Shown here piece by piece: positions 49,364 to 57,172 of a DNA stretch of 57,172 nucleotides; the stretch's first letter is position 1, and every line of letters begins with the position of its first letter. The stretch is taken from NCBI RefSeq assembly GCF_001194135.2, contig NC_068986.1:46262223-46319394 (forward strand), read 5' to 3'. Made by a program: the position numbers and the translations under genes. Source of the DNA: Octopus bimaculoides (Eukaryota). Below the pieces are notes generated by a model, which was not told where the DNA came from, searched no databases, and worked only from the letters and a program-made list of their open reading frames with translations.

Positions 49364-49575
49364 CAGTAATCCCTCACCAGATTGCGATTTATTATTTAAG
49401 CTTACGTCAATTTCTCTGTGGTGCTGTTTTGCATTTAGGATAAAATAGATATATACAAATTGTAAAAAATAAAAAAATAAAAAATACACAGTCCAGTACT
49501 GTTTCTACTTTGCGGATTTTCACCTATCCCGGGGTGTTTTGGAACGTAACACACGCGATAGTCGAGAGATTACTG
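49364..49575. mobile_element. pogo/Tigger-type MITE (Tc1/mariner superfamily)
   Basis: TA|cagtaatccctc...gagagattactg|TA: CAGT-initiated TIRs with a TA target duplication. Confidence 0.8.
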
Positions 49576-50859
49576 TATATAATATTCAAATCTAAAAAAA
49601 AAAAAGCAAAAGTAATTTTAAAAGTCTTCTTTTTTCGGGAAGTCTGCAAGAGTTATTTCCCTTACAATATATTCCATCGCATAATTCATTGAAACGCATG
49701 TTCAGCAGGATTTAAAATGTAATTTACTGAAATAGAAACTGAACTGCGTTATATTATTATTTTACATTGAAAAGAATTGACATTTGTACATGAAAATGAG
49801 TTTAGTGTAACTTATATTTGACATAATAATAAATCTACGTATAAGAATTATTTCTTTAAAAGATAGAATGAATATACTAAAATTTCTTTGTATATCCCTG
49901 AAGCTAGAGATGTTGTAGGGGATAAAATAGTTATAAGATACTATGCTGCTTAAAGATATCAACGCATGAATCAGCTTCAAATAAGAACTGATGGCTTAGT
50001 TGAATACTCTACAAAAATATTTTAAAAAATTCTTTTCATTTAACTTTCATTATGCTTCAAGCTATTAGTGCTGGAGCTAATTACAGTTGTAGTAATGATA
50101 TACATTAATTACAGTGGTAGCTGTGATATATTAAATCTTGTGATAGATTTTCAATATTATTAAGTGATATTAATTATTTTTTATTTAAGAAAAAAAAAAT
50201 GTTCACTCTTATCAGAATTTAGTAGTCCAGTAATGATTTTCAGTAATAGATTTTAAAATATTGGCAAAAAAAAAATTAAAGAAGAGAAGCAAGAGGAAGA
50301 CAATAGTGAAATTGTTATCTAATTTTCACATCTTAATTAAATGAGATATAAATTTTCTAAATGTTCAAAGATTTCAGGTATAAGTGCAAGCATTAGGAAA
50401 TTATATTTTTTGAAAATACCATTGTTATTATGATTCCAAACCTGATATACTTAAATATAGAAATAATTAAATAGATATTGGACTTTCTTGTGTCGTAGAC
50501 AGGCTTGAAAAGTATATCGGATTTTAATGAATGAGTATAGAATGGTGTTGTAAGAATGAATAGGAAATTATACACAAGGTCGCCTGCAACATGGAAACAT
50601 AATAGTAAAGTGGGAGTTAGCATACTTGTTCTGTTTTAGACAGTGATTAGATTTTAAATTTTAGTTATAATAACTTAAACTAAAATCAATGTTTCACTTA
50701 TTGAATGAGTAATCTTTCAAAGATGTTAATACTTAAACTTCTTGTTTTCCCTTCCTTAAAAATATGTGGCTGTATTGGTTTTGATAAGTCCTCTAATCTA
50801 CTGAATAATAAAGTCACTAATAAAGACCTCATTTTCATATACTGCATGTAAGTGTAGTG

Positions 50860-50990
50860 AGGGCATGTGGCTTGGTGGTTAGGATGTTGCACCCATAATT
50901 GCAAGATATAAGTTCAATCCCAAACAAATTACTTCATTTCACATTGCTTTGTAGATTTGATGCGGGAGTGAATTTCTGAGCAGCACAAAC
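50860..50990 (+). mobile_element. SINE family D head
   Basis: ggcatgtggcttggtggttaggatgttgcac...agttcaatccc...acttcatttcacattgc. Confidence 0.7.
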
Positions 50991-50999
50991 ACTTGAGCA

Positions 51000-51340
51000 T
51001 CATCATCATCATTTTGACTTCTGTTTTCCATGCTGGCACGGGTTGGATGGTTTGACAGAAGCTGACCAGCTGGAGGGCTGTTTTGACATGGTTTCTATGG
51101 CTGGATGCCCTTCCTAAAATCAACCACTTTAAAGAGCGTACTGGGTACTTTTATGCAGCACTGATATGGATGCTTTTACTATGGCACCAGCACTTATGAA
51201 CCCACAGGATTAGGGATACTCAGCTGGAGCGAGTTGCAAGGGACGAGCCTGTGTGAAAAAGCAACCATGCTTTTATTTAGCTTGACATGTCTTCTCAAGC
51301 ACTGCAAAACGCCAGGAGTCTCAGTCTCCAGTCCACTATA
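51000..51340 (-). mobile_element. Family C copy
   Basis: catcatcatcattttgac..tttccatgctggcacgggttggatggtttgacag...ggctggatgcccttcctaa. Confidence 0.75.
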
Positions 51341-51499
51341 AATAAATCATCGGAGCAGGTTGTTCAGCAAAAAAAATTGCAGAACCCTCATCTGTCATCT
51401 ATGAAAGGATAGTCTACAGTTTAAAGATAAATTGCTGAGGTGATGAGGCAGAGGCAATCCCTTCTTCATCTACACTCAGGGCAGGATATATCTTTTATT

Positions 51500-51915
51500 T
51501 TTTGTTATTTTAGTCACTGGACAGTGGCCATGCTAGGGCACTGATTCAAATTTAGTCAAACAAATTGGCTCCAGTTCTCAATTCTTTTAAATTTGGTATT
51601 TATTCTATTAGTCATCTTTGCAGAACCACTAAGTTACAGTGATGACAATAAACTAACATCAGTTGTCAAGGGGTAGAAGACAAACACACACACACACACA
51701 CCCAACACACACACGCACATAAGCACACATACATAAACATACATACATAAATATATATGATAGGCTTTTCTCAGTTCTCACCTACCAAATTCACCCACTA
51801 TCTATTGGACCAGCCCAGTGCTATAGTAGAAGACACTTGCCCAAGGTGCTGTGCAATGCAACTGAACTTGAAACCACATGGTTGCAAAGCAAGCATTTTA
51901 ACAACATAACCATAC
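51500..51915 (-). mobile_element. SINE family A
   Basis: tttagtcactggacagtggccatgctag...gtagaagacacttgcccaaggtgc...accacatggttg. Confidence 0.8.
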
Positions 51916-52332
51916 CTTTTTCTATTTGTCCAATATTGCAAAATAATGAAGCAACAGTTAATTAGTGTTCTAACAACTCATAATAGTATGTAGTATTTCC
52001 CTATGTTACTTAGTGGAAGACAATAAGTGCTTTGCTGATAGGATACAAACCATAGATTCTTCAACTTGCTGGCTGATATCCAGATAGCACAACAATCTGC
52101 TAATCAACAGACTTATAAATGAAATTTTGATTTTTTTCCCCAGTACAGAAGCAGACATATGTTATATGTAGTTTGCTTTCCAATCACATGGTGTTGGGTT
52201 CAGTCCCACTGCATGGCATATTGAGTCACTGGGCAGGCCAAAGCATTGTAAGTGGATTTGGCAGAGAGAAACTGTGTGGTCATAGAGGAAATATTACCTT
52301 GCTAAGAAACAAATGAAGTTTGTTAAGAGGAA

Positions 52333-52567
52333 GGGCGGCGAGCTGGCAGAAGCGTTAGCATGCCGGATGAAATGCTTAGTGGTATTTCATCTGCCGTTAC
52401 GTTCTGAGTTCAAATTCCACCGAGGTCGACTTTACCTTTCATCCTTTTGGGGTCGATAAATTAAGTACCAGTTACGCACTGGGGTCGATCTAATCAACTT
52501 AATCCCTTTGCCTGTCCTTGTTTGTCCCCTCTATGTTTAGCCCCTTGTGGGAAATAAAGAAATAAGA
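52333..52567 (+). mobile_element. Young SINE family B copy (tRNA-like head, alternative 3' tail)
   Basis: gggcggcgagctggcagaagcgttagc (A-box-like), gagttcaaattcc at 52406-52418 (B-box-like), core cctttcatccttttggggtcgataaattaagtaccag, and tail cccttgtgggaaataaagaaataag; CpG-rich. Confidence 0.9.
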
Positions 52568-52859
52568 GTAAGGGCATCTGGCAGTAGAAAAACTGCCTCA
52601 ACAAATGCCATCAAAACTCGGTAAGCATAGAAAAGTGAACATAAAATGATGATGATGATGAGGTTTTGTAGCAACAGAAATACTAGAAAGCTTAAATTCT
52701 GAGATCAAACCTCTCTGAAATTACTATTTTATTTTATCTTTTTCCCCACCATCCCCTTGTGGAGTTTCTAAAATAATTATGAAGCATTAATTATCTCTCT
52801 TTCTCTGCAAGTTTTTAGCTTCATTTTAATATGAGAAATTTATTGGTAAAAATCATTAC

Positions 52860-53030
52860 CGCATTGGACAAAATGTCTTGCAACATTTTTGTATTCAAAT
52901 CCTGCTATAGTCAACTGTGACTTCCATCCTTTCAGCATCAATAAAATATAATACTGGCTAAGTCCTAGGGGTTGATGTAATTAACTAATCCCCTCTCCTC
53001 AAATTGGCCATGTACCTAAATTGGAAACAT
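52860..53030 (+). mobile_element. Decayed SINE family B
   Basis: gtattcaaatcctgc..gtcaactgtgacttccatcctttcagcatcaataaaat...ggggttgatgtaatt. Confidence 0.6.
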
Positions 53031-53628
53031 TTATTGCTACTATTATGTGTAATAATTCTTTTTTGAGATATCTTAAAGTCCTCACAAAATTCTATAGATA
53101 ATAACACATAAATATTGGTTTGAAACCACTTTTTCAGGTGGAAAAAGACAAAGTCTGCCCATAGAACATGAACCTCCTGTAGTCATGATAGGTGTTCTGC
53201 CTTTGTACCAAAACAATCTTTTGAATTTCTCTATCTAGTTTAGAAACTGTATTCTTACCAGCATGAACTGTGTTGTTGATGTCATAAGAATTTCTAAGCT
53301 TATTTTGGCTTCCATGCCATGTAATAGAACTCATACCAGAGCCACATAAAAGTACCCATAAATTTTAGGCCTTGTGCCTATGTAAGAAATCATTGCCATA
53401 CATAGAAGTACATTGGTCTGCTTTTCTATGCTTGCAGGGGTCAAGCAGAATTTACTGAAGTGGATTTTCTACAGCTGGATGCTCCTCCTGTTACCAAACC
53501 TCACCTGTGTCCATGCAAGGTATAATTTCCTCATGATCAGACATGTTCACATGTAACATACATACATGCATACATACATACATACTTACATGTGTATGTG
53601 TGTAAGTAAGTATGTATGCATGTATGTA

Positions 53629-53960
53629 TGAGGTGCATTCAAAAAGTATCCAATTTTACTTTTTCCAGCCAAACTAATGCTACGGGGCAAAATCATTTGG
53701 ATGGGAGGTGATACCATCCTTCCTGCACATGTGTGAAAATTCTTGCATTGGTAAGCCACAGCAGTTCCCAGCTATTATACCTAGAGTACAGATATCTAGT
53801 GCAAGCTTATCAGATTTTTGTTTTCAACGAATGCATCAAGAGGAGATATTGCATCAAATTTTGCCAAAAGTTTGGTGATACTCATGCCCACCTCCAGAAG
53901 ACTTAGTAGGCCTTTGATGATGATGATGCTATGGGCAAGACTCAGAAAGATCGGAAACAG
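53629..53960 (+). mobile_element. 5' fragment of a second, distinct mariner family
   Basis: TA followed by TIR-like tgaggtgcattcaaaaagtatcc; from 53841 RRYCIKFCQKFGDTHAHLQKT**AFDDD.AMGKTQ matches the mariner N-terminal HTH pattern (QRYCIKFC..LG.T......AFGD.AM..TQ). Confidence 0.8.
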
Positions 53961-54049
53961 ACTATCTTGCATGAATGTAGCACTCTACAACTATCATGTG
54001 AAGTCAAAGAAAGGTGACAGTAACACACAAACATGCATGCACACATACA

Positions 54050-54081
<32 letters not shown>

Positions 54082-54923
54082 CAAGGTGGTGCCCTAATAT
54101 GGCTGCTCTCCAATGACTGAAACAAGTAAAAGATAAATAATAAACATTATCTTACTATGTAAAAGAGTTGTAAAAGTAGAGATAGAATGTCTGTTTGTGT
54201 ACATTTTTGCATAAATGTCAAATACACAGATGAGCACACACACACACTGCATTACCTTAAACTATACTGTACTGTAATGTTTATTTTGGAAAGAAAAATA
54301 TATAATTGATTATGAGAAAATTATGGTGTCTCTCTCCTAAGCAATTAAAAGATTTAGAACATTATCACAAAATTTCTTAAATTGTATATACTTATATAGG
54401 AAATAATTATTAATTCTATTTAATCTAGCTAATACTTCAAAATTCAAAGACTTATTTGCATTAACAGAGAATATAAATTTTTGTAGAAAAATCAAAAAAA
54501 GGAAAGAAGGAAAAAATTAATATGCTTCGTGCCAGTGGCATAGGTACTCCAGTTTTGTGGATTCAAGGAGCAAACATTTCAGATTGAAGAATGAGAATGG
54601 AACTCGTGTTAAACACACTAGTATGAAGTGAGGAGTAGTCATTTTTTTACACAGATAGATTGGTTCACCGAAGTAATTGAAGTAATGTGCTTTGATTAAG
54701 AAAGGAGGTGGAGGTGTATGAGATGTTCTGTACATCTGTTTTGGTACTGTCTGTTTGGCATTACTGATTCTACATTGACTTATTTGGCATCAGGTGGTTT
54801 AATGTTTATCATTTTAATGTTAATCTCTCATTTTTCTCACTTCTGTCTTTCTGACTCTCTCTGTTCATGTGTGTGAGTATCTAGTTATGTTTGTATGTTT
54901 GTATAATGTCTTGCTCTCCTTCC

Positions 54924-54967
<44 letters not shown>

Positions 54968-56789
54968 AGCTCTATCTTGACATACATTTTTGTATACATG
55001 TGTGTGTGTTTGCCTGCCAGTACCAAAACATACTGTCGCCAAAACAGGCTGAATGTTCTGTCAGATGTGTCAAATCATCAGCATCCAAACAGCTGAGCCC
55101 AATTGTCCCATTCTTGCCTAAGAGAAGATGATAGAGTTGATATGATTTTTGAAATAGCTATGTACTTCACTTTTTAAACTACTTTCTAACTCCACCTCAA
55201 GTATTGAGCAACATTAATAACAGACATATGGCTAGCTTATTTCTCAAGACAAAGTAATATATATATAAAAAAAAAATTAATATAAATTACATACACAGTT
55301 TTATGAATTTTACAATGTTGTAAAATTTGCATCAGATTCTGTTTATTGGTTCTAGTTTAAAACATAAGGTTTACTGTTTATAATCTATAATTACTGCCAC
55401 TAGTGAAATTGCCAATAATAAGTGAAGTTAAAATGAAGCCAGACGTCATTTTATCGGCAAAACAAAATATAATAATGAATGGCATTTAAATAATATGTAA
55501 ATAGACAAATGCAATTTAACAAATAGCTTAATAAATATTTTTTAGGTAAGTTCTCTTCTTCTCAAACTACCAGGTAAATGGAAAATAAAAGATACAAAAA
55601 GAAACTTCAGACTAAATTGATATTATTTCATATCTAATATGTTGTCAAGAGACAACTTTTTCCCAGCAGTTTCTTGAGAGATGAAAGATTATAATGATAA
55701 AATTTGTGTTAGCATTTTAATATAAGACAATAATATCTTTCAAATAAACGTATTAAATAAGAATAAAATTAAAGGGAGAAATAAAAGTTCCTAAACAAGG
55801 AGAGAAATAATTCTATTTCTAATATTTCTACAAGACCATTTTGAAGTAGGAAATGCAATTTACTCATTTTAAATTATATGCTTGTCAATATTTTTATTAA
55901 AATCCTTTCTTTCCACATCAAATTGTATTTGATTTTCCGGGTTTCAAAGAAAGAGAAATTTTATAATTATACGGAAAATTCAGTAAATATTTTTCAAAAA
56001 TAATTAAATTGGGATATAATTTTTGTCTAAACATAAATACATGTTGTTAAAATGTTTACAAAAACCAAGGAATAATGTGTTAAAGGATTATTAGATTGAA
56101 ATATATATATATCTAAATATATATATATATATATATATAATAATAATAATCCATAGATGGAATTTATAAACATTTTAATGTATTGCTATGTACATTTCCA
56201 CATGTATCACATATATGTATATGTGTATGTATTAAAATGTATGTTCTGTTAATATTTGGCAAAAAAAAAAAAAATAGCATTTGTAGTGTTAGGTTGTAAT
56301 TCATCTTACAGAAGTTAAATTTCAGAATAAAAAATTATGATATATATCATTTCATAAAATTCTGGTTAAGTCATTTCACAAACTCCTATATTTTATGAAG
56401 TTTCTGCTTACATCCATTGCACTAAGTAGGTGAGAAATAATGAGTTTCTCCTGAGAAGTGTGTTACACCATTACAGATAATTTTTCAGCAGATGAAATTA
56501 AGCTCAACATTTGAAATGTAGTTATTTTACAAAGTTCTCACAGTAAATTTATACCAGCCAGCAATACTTTGTTGCAGCTAAATGGACTGGACTATACTAA
56601 GTGCTATGTTACTGACTACAAAGCCCTGAGCTTAAACTTGATTGATGAAGCCACTATATTTTGCACCTTGGCAAAAAGCATTCTTTTTGCCTCAGTATGC
56701 CTGGTTGAGAAATGATAGCAATTTCTATACATGATGTATTGGTTGATTTGCATTGTAGAGAATATTCATCTGTAAAAACATTTTTTTAA

Positions 56790-57172
56790 ACATGCAGAAT
56801 CTCATGGAAGGAACTTTGGGCTTGGGAACAAGCAAGAACAGCCTTCCTGATCAAGTCTACCTTCGACGTTCTACCCTCACCGGCGAACTTAGTTCGATGG
56901 AACATAAAAACAACCGATGAATGTGGATGCGGGGAGAAAGCGACGGTGAGACACGTTCTGTCAAGCTGCAGACTAGCACTGGACAGGTATACATGGCGCC
57001 ATAATCAAGTCCTTGGCGTCATAAGTGCAGCACTCAAGGAGAAGATCAAGGGATACAACAGAGGAGAGTACCCCAAAGTGGAAAAGCGCAGGAAAATATA
57101 CTTCCAGAAGGAGGGGAAAGGACATAAGATCAGGCCTCCAAATGAAATATATGAGATAGACGAAAGATGGAA
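56790..57172 (+). mobile_element. RLE-type non-LTR retrotransposon (HERO-like, R2 superfamily): post-RT zinc knuckle region, 5'-truncated, running off the window end
   Basis: Stop-free frame of 127 codons: CRISWKELWAWEQARTAFLIKSTFDVLPSPANLVRWNIKTTDECGCGEKATVRHVLSSCRLALDRYTWRHNQVLGVISAALKEKIKGYNRGEYPKVEKRRKIYFQKEGKGHKIRPPNEIYEIDERW. It carries a CX1CX7HX4C knuckle and the RYTWRHN motif. GC content jumps abruptly at about 56791. Confidence 0.9.

Noticed and set aside
19879-52567. tRNA-like A/B-box sequences as tRNA genes
   Set aside because: They are heads of multi-copy SINEs that continue into SINE bodies; no complete cloverleaf was seen.

Overview
This is AT-rich eukaryotic genomic DNA from a gapped assembly (nine N-runs), dominated by microsatellites and interspersed repeats. 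The repeat families look like those I associate with a coleoid cephalopod (Octopus-like) genome; that is an inference, not a database result. No host gene, rRNA, true tRNA gene or CRISPR array can be supported, and every long ORF in the track is an artefact of N-gaps or microsatellites. Recognisable coding remnants all come from transposons. A Penelope-like RT fragment (1-390, minus) and a HERO/R2-superfamily RLE LINE fragment (56790-57172, plus) are both stop-free, and both are missed by the ORF track because they run off the window edge. There are also a decayed RTE LINE, a Tx1/L1-like 3' remnant, a Dong/R4-like 3' end and two different mariner elements. Non-coding repeats include several tRNA-headed SINE families, MITEs and long palindromes. 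The most interesting signal is a set of type I hammerhead-ribozyme motifs: 42650-42767 (plus), 46476-46549 (minus), and a decayed one near 44290-44560. They share a palindromic GAAAC-AG(C/T)T-GT stem III and an unusually long domain II, consistent with Penelope-associated or retrozyme-like elements. A few weak splice-bounded exon candidates suggest the window may lie inside a large gene, but this is unproven.
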